Part shown: positions 1 to 8,161 of the stretch, piece after piece
How positions within the stretch are numbered: position 1 is the first letter of the stretch
How the letters are laid out: each line of letters starts with the position of its first letter
NCBI GenBank assembly: GCA_032250835.1
Contig: JAVVEA010000012.1
Span: 1 to 64,000 of the forward strand
DNA length: 64,000 bases
DNA from: a bacterium
GTDB taxonomy: Bacteria > SAR324 > XYD2-FULL-50-16
Direction of reading: 5' to 3'
Notes under the pieces: generated by a model
Seen by the model: only the letters and a program-made list of their open reading frames with translations
Told to the model about the DNA's origin: nothing
The model's database searches: none
Program-made: the position numbers and the translations under genes

Positions 1-954
1 CACCTCCTGCTGATCCTTCGGCTCAGCTGGCCTATATTCCAGCCACCAACGGGGGGAACGACCCCTTTGGTTTGAGCAAAAAAACGGGGCCTAAGCCCAC
101 AGAAGGGAGATGAACTGGTCGCAGAGTTCACCTCGGTAGGGCGGGCACAGAAGCCACTGGCCAGGGAAAACCGGTGGCTCTGCGCCCGGTCGCCTTGGTT
201 CCAAGCGCTGCCTTGCGGTATCTCCAAGGCAACGCCTGAAAGGGTGGCATCCTGGGGGGAGTGGACGCCACCGTTAAGCACCTTCTGCTGATCCTTCGGC
301 TCAGCTGGCCTATATTCCAGCCACCAACGGGGGGAACGACCCCTTTGGTTTGAGCAAAAAAACGGGGCCTAAGCCCACAGAAGGGAGATGAACTGGTCGC
401 AGAGTTCACCTCGGTAGGGCGGGCACAGAAGCCACTGGCCAGGGAAAACCGGTGGCTCTGCGCCCGGTCGCCTTGGTTCCAAGCGCTGCCTTGCGGTATC
501 TCCAAGGCAACGCCTGAAAGGGTGGCATCCTGGGGGGAGTGGACGCCACCGTTAAGCACCTCCTGCTGATCCTTCGGCTCAGCTGGCCTATATTCCAGCC
601 ACCAACGGGGGGAACGACCCCTTTGGTTTGAGCCAAAAATAACAGGGCCTAAGCCCACAGAAGGGAGGTGAACTGGTCGCAGAGTTCACCTCGGTAGAGT
701 GGGCGCAGAAGCCACTGGCTCAGGGAAAAACCAGCTTTCTGCGCCCTGTCGCTTGAAAAGGGGTCCAAGCGCTGCCTTGCGGTCTCCCAACAAAGCAACG
801 CCCGGAACGGTGGCATCCTGGGGGGAGTGGACGCCACCACTAGGAACCTTCTGCTGGCGGTTCGGCTCAGCTGGCCTATATTCCAGCAGCCATCGGGGGG
901 AACGACCCCTTTGGCTTGAGCCCAACCAGACCGGGGCCTAAGCCCACAGAAGGG
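1..954 (-). repeat. Tandem array of ~278-289 bp hairpin-rich non-coding units (3 full + 1 partial, truncated by window start)
   Basis: The anchor cctaagcccacagaaggg ends at 107, 385, 665 and 954 (periods 278, 280, 289). Units 1-278 and 279-556 are near-identical and the rightmost copy is diverged. None of the periods is a multiple of 3. Most stem mismatches are A-C on + (G-U on -), which points to the minus strand. Confidence 0.95.
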
Positions 955-1360
955 GGAAAGTGTTCGGGGGCCCCCGAGACCCAGCCAAAGGGGCCGGAGC
1001 AGACGAGCGCTTGAGCTGCACCGGGGGAAGGTGCGCCCAGGCAGAAGCCCGGTAGAGCTTGAAATTCAAGTCTGCCGTGACCGTTCCCCAACCATGACTC
1101 AAGGTGCAATAGGTGCAGCTTTTTAGGTCAGGAGAAACGTCGGCTTTAGGTTGGTTTCCCGGACGCTCCGGCGCGGGCTGCTCGCCGCAAAGTGCGGACC
1201 ACTGCGCCAGCATCGAAGGGGGGACTTCGAAGCGACGGCAATGCACCGAGAGGCCATAAGCCTCCGCAGCAATCAGCACAGAAAGGAGCAGCCCGAGAAC
1301 GGGCCGAATTGTCCAAGAAACCAAAGGTAACTTCCAGTCTAGGATCTTCCGAGGGACCAA
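938..1360 (-). CDS. DUF2946/CutF/CruR-like small protein with CxxC and C-terminal RGPP arrest-type motif
   Basis: N-terminal hydrophobic segment, CTYC, Pro-rich tail ending SRGPP. The start codon (TTG) is uncertain. Confidence 0.65.
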   Translation of the reverse strand: MVPRKILDWKLPLVSWTIRPVLGLLLSVLIAAEAYGLSVHCRRFEVPPSMLAQWSALCGEQPAPERPGNQPKADVSPDLKSCTYCTLSHGWGTVTADLNFKLYRASAWAHLPPVQLKRSSAPAPLAGSRGPPNTFPLLWA

Positions 1361-1439
1361 AACCGCCTATATTTCAGTTCTGGGTCTCAAGAAGATCGAA
1401 TTTATCCGATCGGGATGGGTCGATACAGACGAAGCTAGA

Positions 1440-1796
1440 CTAGACGGGAGGGGCTCTCGGAGGCAGTTGCTGGCGAGGAGCTGGAGTGCCGGTAAGCTCT
1501 ACCGCAGAACTCTGGGCCAAAACCGCCAAGAAGGCGGGGCTGACCAGTGGAGCGTTGGAGCCAAAGGCAAGGTGGGTATTGGTCAGACTAAAGCAATGTT
1601 CGCAGCCTTCTTGAGGGTCCCGGTCGCTGCTCGTCTGGCCCTCATCGCCCAGGTGGGCACCGCAGATCATCTGCAATGCCGCCAAGCCGTCGGATTCGAC
1701 GAGCAACTCGCTAGATAAAGTACAACCGTAGACCGAAAGGCCCAGGTTGACCATCAAGGCGGTCAGCGCAAAAAGGGAGGCAACATACTTAAACAT
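1440..1796 (-). CDS. DUF2946/CutF/CruR-like small protein with CxxC and C-terminal RAPP motif
   Basis: Signal-like N-terminus, ICG, CEHC, ends PPRAPPV-stop. Confidence 0.8.
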   Translation of the reverse strand: MFKYVASLFALTALMVNLGLSVYGCTLSSELLVESDGLAALQMICGAHLGDEGQTSSDRDPQEGCEHCFSLTNTHLAFGSNAPLVSPAFLAVLAQSSAVELTGTPAPRQQLPPRAPPV

Positions 1797-1903
1797 CTAA
1801 TCCAATCATTGAGGAAAAATCCTGTTCCTACCTAGCAAAGGCTTAAAAGGCTGGCAACCCACAATATTCACCCGAGGCCTCTCAGCCCTTTGTTAATAAG
1901 CCT

Positions 1904-2137
1904 TTATGGCCACTTCTGTCCGTGGCAGCTATAACAACTGGGCGCTTCGCCTCCGCCGCGCAAATCCGAGCCATGGCAAGAGACGCAGTAGGTTCGGGGC
2001 TCATTCAGATTGGGTGCGTGATAAGAGCCGTTTTTGTTGACTGTATGATCCGCCGGGCGCTCGTCGTCATCTTCCTTACAGCCCATCAAAGCCGCTGCCA
2101 GCAACAGGATCAAAATGACTTTAACCAACTTCATCAC
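1904..2137 (-). CDS. Small dihaem c-type cytochrome lipoprotein
   Basis: Lipobox LMGC, two CxxCH motifs (CVSCH, CYSCH), and a Shine-Dalgarno (SD) aaggggg upstream. Confidence 0.85.
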   Translation of the reverse strand: MMKLVKVILILLLAAALMGCKEDDDERPADHTVNKNGSYHAPNLNEPRTYCVSCHGSDLRGGGEAPSCYSCHGQKWP

Positions 2138-2229
2138 TCCCCCTTGAGTCTAACGAGTGTCAAAATGCTAAAAAATTGAGTCCTTGATAACCCAATGTCC
2201 TCTGACTTGGAAAGAGGCGCAGCCCCAAA

Positions 2230-2269
2230 TTCACGGAAAGTTCATGGTTGCTTCATGGTCCGTTCATGT
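2230..2269. promoter_or_regulatory. Four direct repeats TTCAYG at exact 11-bp spacing (OmpR/PhoB-type operator)
   Basis: ttcacgg 2230, ttcatgg 2241, ttcatgg 2252, ttcatgt 2263, in the divergent intergenic region. Confidence 0.7.
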
Positions 2270-2448
2270 ATGCAGGCCCTTTGACCTGGGGCAATGGATC
2301 AAATAGGCTTGTTTTCAAAGAAAATTCTGGGGTTTCGACAAAGCGAAAAAAAGAAGATTTTGGCCGCCTTAAAGCTTGCACTCGGCTATTGGGGGCTGTT
2401 AATCTAGCCACAACAAAATATCTCTTCCCCTCTCTGCTTGCAAACCAA

Positions 2449-4440
2449 ATGGGCGCTTTGAAGTCTGCAGCAATCTTTTTGTGGGCGCTGATCCTGTTTT
2501 GCCAAGCCCCGCTTACCGGGTTCGGTGCCCCAGAGATTCTACGTCTCCAGGCCGAAAGCGAGCGCGTGCCGATCGGCTTACAGACCCTATATCTGCGCGA
2601 CGATGCCGGGGCCATGCGGATTGAGGAGATGCTCAACCCGTTGGTGCGGGAACGATTCAAACCGCTAGGTTCCAATCACGTCAACTTCGGCCAGGAACAC
2701 CGCCCCCATTGGTTTTGGTCTCGAATCCAAAACTACTCAGACCAACCTCGGGAGTTGGTGCTGCAAATCTACGGCGTACAACCCACTGCCGGGGCTTTTT
2801 TACTGCCCATCGATGCCACCGAGGTTTCCCAAATCCGACGCATTGCCCAAGACAGCAAACCCCACCGGTTTATGCTGCTGCATTTTACCCTCAAGCCCTT
2901 TGAAACCAGGGACTTGGTGTTATTTAAACAATCACCCAACAACCTAAGTTTCAACGCGACCCTTTGGAACAACGAATCCTTTTTTAGTTGGGACGCCAAC
3001 GACCGCAGCCTCCATTTTTTATATTACGGCGCGGCTTTGGTGATGTTGATTTATAACCTCTTTTTATTCCTCTCGCTGCGCGACGCCGCCTATTTCTATT
3101 ATGTCTGCGTGATTGCGGCAGTTATCCTTTTCCTCTTAGGCATGGACGGGATCGGCCGCGCGCTGGTCTGGCCTCAGTTTGCCGAATACAACCATTGGAT
3201 TGCTGGGTTTATGGCTGGCTGCGTGCCCTTCTCCTTGACGCCCTTTACTATCCGCCTGCTCGATACCAAGCGTCTCTTGCCGGGGTTCCACAAAGTCCTG
3301 CTGGTTTATTACGGATACACCATCTTGGTCTTGGCCAGCGCCTTGGTGTTGCCCTTCGCGGTCTTTAGCGCTTTAATCGGGAGCCTCGGGGCCTTGTTCT
3401 TGTTTATCTACCCTCCGGCGGGTTTGATGGCCCTGATCAAAGGGAACTTGTCGGCGCGCTATTTTGTGGCCGGGTGGGTGATCTACGAAATCGGCGTCTT
3501 TTTGATCACCACCGCCCACTTTGGCTGGGGTAACTACTACGAAGCGCTGGCCTACTTTAAAATCGGTTCTTTCTTCGAGATCAGCCTATTCAGCCTAGCT
3601 TTGGCGGACCGGATCAACCTTTTGCAGTCCGAAAAACAAACCGCCCAGGCAAAGCAACTGCAACAGGAACGCAACTTCCGGCAGTTGCTGCAAAAAGAGG
3701 TGGATAGTCAGACCGCCGAGCTGAAGCAAAAAAACCAAGCGCTAGAGCACATGAACCTAGAAAAAAGTGAATTTTTGGGCATTGCGGCGCATGACCTTAA
3801 ATCACCCTTAGGTGGGATTCTCGGGTTTACTCAGCTAATCGAGATGGAGACGGCGACCCAAAATATGGAGGAAATCCTCATCTACAACCGCATGATCTCC
3901 AGCGGAGCGCGGCATATGTTGGAATTGGTGAGCAACTTTTTAGACGTCAGCGCCATCGAGTCCGCCACCTTACCTCAGTTAGAAGAGGTGGATTTGCGCC
4001 AAGTGGTGCAAGATACCTTGGAATACTTCAAGCCCCTGGCGGCGGCAAAACAAATCCGGTTAACGGTGCGCCTAGACGGAGAAATCCCCAAAGTTAAGGC
4101 CCACCCCAAATGGGCCGCCGAAGTGGCCGGTAATTTAATCTCCAACGCCGTCAAATATAGCCCCCAACAAAGAGAAGTGACCCTGCAATTGGACTTTGAG
4201 TCCCCCTGGGTCCGCTTGGTGGTGATCGATCAGGGGCCGGGCCTTTCTTTAGAAGATAAAAATAAGCTATTCCAGAAGTTTACCCGCCTTTCGGCCAAGC
4301 CAACGGGCGGAGAGTCCTCGACGGGCTTGGGTCTTTATATTGTCAAGCGCATGACCGAACAGATGGGCGGTCAGGTTTGGTGCGAAAGCACCATGGGCAA
4401 GGGGGCTACCTTCGTCATCCAACTGCCCTCAGCCAGTTAA
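2449..4440 (+). CDS. 7TMR-DISM sensor histidine kinase
   Basis: Signal peptide from ATG 2449, DISMED2-like periplasmic domain, 7TM block (YYGAALVMLIYNLFLF), H-box AAHDLKSP, HATPase N/G boxes. Confidence 0.9.
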   Translation: MGALKSAAIFLWALILFCQAPLTGFGAPEILRLQAESERVPIGLQTLYLRDDAGAMRIEEMLNPLVRERFKPLGSNHVNFGQEHRPHWFWSRIQNYSDQPRELVLQIYGVQPTAGAFLLPIDATEVSQIRRIAQDSKPHRFMLLHFTLKPFETRDLVLFKQSPNNLSFNATLWNNESFFSWDANDRSLHFLYYGAALVMLIYNLFLFLSLRDAAYFYYVCVIAAVILFLLGMDGIGRALVWPQFAEYNHWIAGFMAGCVPFSLTPFTIRLLDTKRLLPGFHKVLLVYYGYTILVLASALVLPFAVFSALIGSLGALFLFIYPPAGLMALIKGNLSARYFVAGWVIYEIGVFLITTAHFGWGNYYEALAYFKIGSFFEISLFSLALADRINLLQSEKQTAQAKQLQQERNFRQLLQKEVDSQTAELKQKNQALEHMNLEKSEFLGIAAHDLKSPLGGILGFTQLIEMETATQNMEEILIYNRMISSGARHMLELVSNFLDVSAIESATLPQLEEVDLRQVVQDTLEYFKPLAAAKQIRLTVRLDGEIPKVKAHPKWAAEVAGNLISNAVKYSPQQREVTLQLDFESPWVRLVVIDQGPGLSLEDKNKLFQKFTRLSAKPTGGESSTGLGLYIVKRMTEQMGGQVWCESTMGKGATFVIQLPSAS

Positions 4441-4535
4441 ACAATTGCACCTTGCCCAAAAGGCACGGTCTTTTGTAACATCAGGCTGCCGCCTCTTGAT
4501 TACTGTCTCTGAGGCGAACCCAAACCAGGTCTTTC

Positions 4536-5072
4536 ATGCTGTCCAAAGAACAAATCAATGCTTTTTGGGATAACATCTTCCACCGCGAAGATGATCCCAG
4601 CAAACGCGATATACTCAACATCTTAGCTCATATCCCCCTTTTTTCGAAGCTAAGCCGGGGCGAACTCAAAAAGGTCGCAAAAATCATCCACGAACGGCAC
4701 TACGCTGCCGGGGAAAGCCTTTTCCGTATGGGCGAACCGGGGGCTGCCATGTTCATTGTCAAAGCCGGGCAAGTAGATATCGTGATGCCTAAAGAAGACT
4801 CCAACGGCTTGATTTTGGCCTCCTTGGGGCCAGGGTCCTTTTTAGGTGAATTGGCCTTGCTCGATGACTCGCCCCGGTCCGCCTCGGCGGTAGCCCCCAA
4901 AGACACGGTGGCCATGGCTTTTTTCCGGGCGGACTTAAACAAATTGATAGAAACCGAAGCCCACATTGGCAGTAAAATCCTCAAGGAATTGGCTTTGATC
5001 ATCGGCCAACGCCTAAAGCTCACCAACGAACAACTCTACAGCACGCCCAAACCTGCGGCTAGCGGATCATGA
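4536..5072 (+). CDS. Cyclic nucleotide-binding domain protein
   Basis: IPLF..., GEPG, LGELALLDDSPRSASA motif. Confidence 0.9.
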   Translation: MLSKEQINAFWDNIFHREDDPSKRDILNILAHIPLFSKLSRGELKKVAKIIHERHYAAGESLFRMGEPGAAMFIVKAGQVDIVMPKEDSNGLILASLGPGSFLGELALLDDSPRSASAVAPKDTVAMAFFRADLNKLIETEAHIGSKILKELALIIGQRLKLTNEQLYSTPKPAASGS

Positions 5073-6373
5073 AGCGCGAGATCGGCAAAAGCCGCTTGAA
5101 ACGGCGTATCTGGGTCTATTCAGTAGCCAGTGTCTTAGGTCTAGCACTTGCGTTTAGCTTGCTTTGGGCGTTACGTGAATTGCTTCTGCCGAGCATTGTC
5201 GGTGCTTTGGGGGCCTATCTTTGCCGCCCGATTTTAAACCGGCTCAAGCGCATGGGCATGTCGAACCTCTGGTCCATTGTCTTGCTTTTTGCGGGCTTCT
5301 TTTTGGTGATCCTGCTGGCGACCATGCAACTGAAGTCCGTCATCCCCGACCAAAAGGGCAAATTGGAATTGCGGGTACGCATCCAATACAAGCTCACCGA
5401 GCAGTACAACGACCTGATGGGGCTCAAGAACGGGGCTAAGGGAAACCTAGTTTTCGAGATGTTCGGCGGCGAGGTGCAGCCCTTTATGGACAAGTTAAAC
5501 AACATGATCATGCTCTCGCCCGACGAGCGGCGCGATTTTGTTCGCCTCTATGTCTACGCCTACGGTAATCAGATGGTGGACCAGAAGTATTTTGAATACT
5601 TCCTTAGAAACGTAGACCACGACAAACGGCGGCTAGGAAAGCAGTACGTGGGTGAACAGGAGACCAACCCCGAAAAGATACCTCCCAAGGAACTCCTGCT
5701 GAGACAGCCCAACCAAGGCAATCCAGACAACATGCTGGCCCGGGTTGGGAACGTGATTTCGCTTTGGTTGGCTTCGCCCTTTGTCTTTTTATTCCTGCTG
5801 ATTGATGAAGGGGAGATCAAGAAAAACTTGGTCACCTTAGTGCCCAACCGATATTTTGAGATGGTCTTGACGGTGATCGACAACGTAGACCAATCGATTG
5901 GCAAGTACCTGCGCGGTACGTTGATCGAATGTTCGCTGGTGGGACTGACCTTTGTGGTTTGTTTGTTTTTAATCGGGATCGAGTTCCGCTGGGCTATGGT
6001 GATCGGGATTGTGGCGGGTATTGCCAACGCAATCCCTTTTTTGGGCCCGGCTATCGGCTTGGTGGTGGGCTTAGGCTATACCTTGGTGGTCGAGCAATTT
6101 TCGCCCCTTTTGCCTTTCGTAGACGCCCACAACATGATCTTTTGGGTTTTGGCGACTGTCGCCATCGCGCAAGGGCTCGACAACGCGGTATTCCAGCCGG
6201 TGGTTTTGGGTAGCGCCGTCAGCCTACACCCCTTAGTGGTGGTGATCGGGGTGATGGGTGGATCGATCCTTTTGGGTTTTGCCGGAATGCTTTTTGCCAT
6301 CCCCGCCATTGTCGTCTCCAAGGTGATCGTCACCACCCTTTTTAAAGAGATGAAAGCTTACCGCATTATCTGA
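5069..6373 (+). CDS. AI-2E family transporter
   Basis: Membrane protein with IPFLGP and QPVVLGSAVSLHPLVV motifs. ATGA overlap with the upstream gene. Confidence 0.9.
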   Translation: MKREIGKSRLKRRIWVYSVASVLGLALAFSLLWALRELLLPSIVGALGAYLCRPILNRLKRMGMSNLWSIVLLFAGFFLVILLATMQLKSVIPDQKGKLELRVRIQYKLTEQYNDLMGLKNGAKGNLVFEMFGGEVQPFMDKLNNMIMLSPDERRDFVRLYVYAYGNQMVDQKYFEYFLRNVDHDKRRLGKQYVGEQETNPEKIPPKELLLRQPNQGNPDNMLARVGNVISLWLASPFVFLFLLIDEGEIKKNLVTLVPNRYFEMVLTVIDNVDQSIGKYLRGTLIECSLVGLTFVVCLFLIGIEFRWAMVIGIVAGIANAIPFLGPAIGLVVGLGYTLVVEQFSPLLPFVDAHNMIFWVLATVAIAQGLDNAVFQPVVLGSAVSLHPLVVVIGVMGGSILLGFAGMLFAIPAIVVSKVIVTTLFKEMKAYRII

Positions 6374-6388
6374 CTTTGAGGCTCCGGC

Positions 6389-7024
6389 ATGGCTCCTACC
6401 TTCCAAATTTACTTTGCCGGAGCGCTCTTTTCCCATAAAGACTTAAGTGGAAACCTGCGGCTCGCCGCAGCCATGGAGGAACACTCAAGGGGTCGCTTCC
6501 GGGTTTTCCTGCCCCAGCAAATCTCCCACCAAAGCCTCAACCCCCAGGCGATCCGTGACGCCGATTTTGAAGCGCTGCTGGGGGCGGATCTGGCCTTGTT
6601 TAACTTTGATGGCGCTGAGCTGGACTCTGGAACGGTGGCGGAATTTATGGCCGCCAAATTTGTGGATCTTCCGGCGGTACAACTGCGCACCGATTTTAGA
6701 GCCGCCGGGGATCAGGGCCAGGGGGGGGACCCCTGGAACTTGATGTGTTCTTTTTATCCCCGCAGCCGCCCGCTTTGGTTACCGGTCGGTACTTGGATGG
6801 GCCAGTCAGACTTAGACAGCGCCTACCAAAATTTGGCCCGACAAATCAACCAAGCCTTTGAAGAACTTTTGGCCGAGCCTTCTATCTTCGGCGGGGATCA
6901 GGCCCAGGCAAACAGGGGGTATCAGCAGGCCGTTAAGTCGCTAGGCGGTATGCTACCCAACCGTTTAACCCCTGACCGGTTAGAGGCGCTCTTAAAAGTC
7001 AAGGCCTCAAAGGGCCTGCTTTAA
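6389..7024 (+). CDS. Nucleoside 2-deoxyribosyltransferase family protein
   Basis: IYFAGALFS N-terminus and DSGTVAEF catalytic-Glu motif. Confidence 0.85.
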   Translation: MAPTFQIYFAGALFSHKDLSGNLRLAAAMEEHSRGRFRVFLPQQISHQSLNPQAIRDADFEALLGADLALFNFDGAELDSGTVAEFMAAKFVDLPAVQLRTDFRAAGDQGQGGDPWNLMCSFYPRSRPLWLPVGTWMGQSDLDSAYQNLARQINQAFEELLAEPSIFGGDQAQANRGYQQAVKSLGGMLPNRLTPDRLEALLKVKASKGLL

Positions 7025-7144
7025 TAACGCTATACCCGAATAGGGTATGCCCGATAAGACAAGGGTCTATTAGGTTCTGCTGGCTAAAGGAGTCAAATTA
7101 GCGATATATTGAATAAAGAGATTTCTTCTGCCCCCAAGGGTCTT

Positions 7145-8152
7145 ATGAAGCCAATTTACTGTTTTATTGCGCTATTGATTTGGGCTCCCAGCCTTTTTGC
7201 AGAGCCCCCTCAACGAATCCTGTTGATCGAAACCATGCCCGTTGAGGCGGTGATTGAACCGAGCCGGCATTTTGTGGAGGAACTGCGCGCTCGAGGCTGG
7301 ACGCCTGAGCGCTTAAGCATCCAAAAGTTCCAGGCCCAAGGCAGCCGGGAGCGGGCCAAAGATATGGTGTTGCAAGAGATCCGCAAACAAAAGCCGGACC
7401 TGGTGGTGACCGTGGCGACCTTTGCCGCACAAGGCGCCTTTGAAGCGCTAAAAAAGCGCAATATCCCGCAGCTTTTTTTCACCGTCGCCGACCCGGTCGG
7501 TGCCGGTTTGGTCGAACAAGTAGGGGTCCCCAGCGGCACCAACATCACCGGGCTGGTTTACACCGTACCGCGCAGCACCAAGCTCAAGGTCATGTTGCCG
7601 CTCCTCAAACAGGCCTATAAAAGCTCCCCCATCCGGATTGGCTTCATCCACACCGACTACCCCTCGGAATTAGACGATATGCGCCGTTTAAAAGCTTTGG
7701 AGAAAGAAATCCCGGAGTTGGAGTTTGTCTTCAAAGAGATCAAATACCACAAAGTCCCCGAACAGGTGGACCAGATGCAGGCAGAGCTCAGGACGGCTTT
7801 AAAGTCCTTCAAAGGCACAGTTGACGGATTTTGGGCTCCCCAAGGGGGACTGGGACAGACTCGGATGTATAACCAGACGGTGGTAGAGGAAGGATACGTA
7901 GTGATTTATGCGGTCAACCCGCAGTCCGTTCAAGACGGAGCGCTGCTCTATTTAGACCCCGATTACAAGGCTACCGGGCACGATGCCGCCTTTTATGCCG
8001 AACAAATTTTAAAGGGTAAACCAGCAGGTGAGTTGCCTGTGTCTTACCCCACCAAATTCAAACTAGCGGTCAACCTCACCACGGCCCTCAAAATGGGGAT
8101 CGTATTGCCGCGTAACCTCTTGGAAATGGCCGGAGACAACTTGTATCGCTAA
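7145..8152 (+). CDS. ABC-type substrate-binding protein (ABC_sub_bind), probably the sensory partner of the downstream kinase
   Basis: Signal peptide, VADPVGAGLV, NITG, ILKGKPAGELPV and VNLTTA motifs. No permease is adjacent. Confidence 0.85.
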   Translation: MKPIYCFIALLIWAPSLFAEPPQRILLIETMPVEAVIEPSRHFVEELRARGWTPERLSIQKFQAQGSRERAKDMVLQEIRKQKPDLVVTVATFAAQGAFEALKKRNIPQLFFTVADPVGAGLVEQVGVPSGTNITGLVYTVPRSTKLKVMLPLLKQAYKSSPIRIGFIHTDYPSELDDMRRLKALEKEIPELEFVFKEIKYHKVPEQVDQMQAELRTALKSFKGTVDGFWAPQGGLGQTRMYNQTVVEEGYVVIYAVNPQSVQDGALLYLDPDYKATGHDAAFYAEQILKGKPAGELPVSYPTKFKLAVNLTTALKMGIVLPRNLLEMAGDNLYR

Positions 8153-8161
8153 CCTAAGGGA

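Noticed and set aside
128-941. ORFs inside the repeat array
   Set aside because: Unit lengths are not multiples of 3, frames differ between copies, and the translations are not protein-like.
1-954. CRISPR array
   Set aside because: Whole ~280-bp units repeat, with no short repeats separated by unique spacers, and there are no cas genes in the window.
1-954. Tandem glycine or cobalamin riboswitches
   Set aside because: The glycine-like words ccgaagga and ctttcagg (minus strand) are not kept in the diverged copy. gccactg...gggaa (plus strand) is a simple hairpin and the other B12-box elements are missing.
2248-2448. N-terminal extension of the 7TM-DISM kinase from TTG 2248
   Set aside because: It overlaps the operator repeats; the signal peptide begins at ATG 2449.
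4461-4476. Sigma54 promoter (ggcacg...ttgt)
   Set aside because: The GG-N10-GC spacing and the conserved GC are not satisfied.
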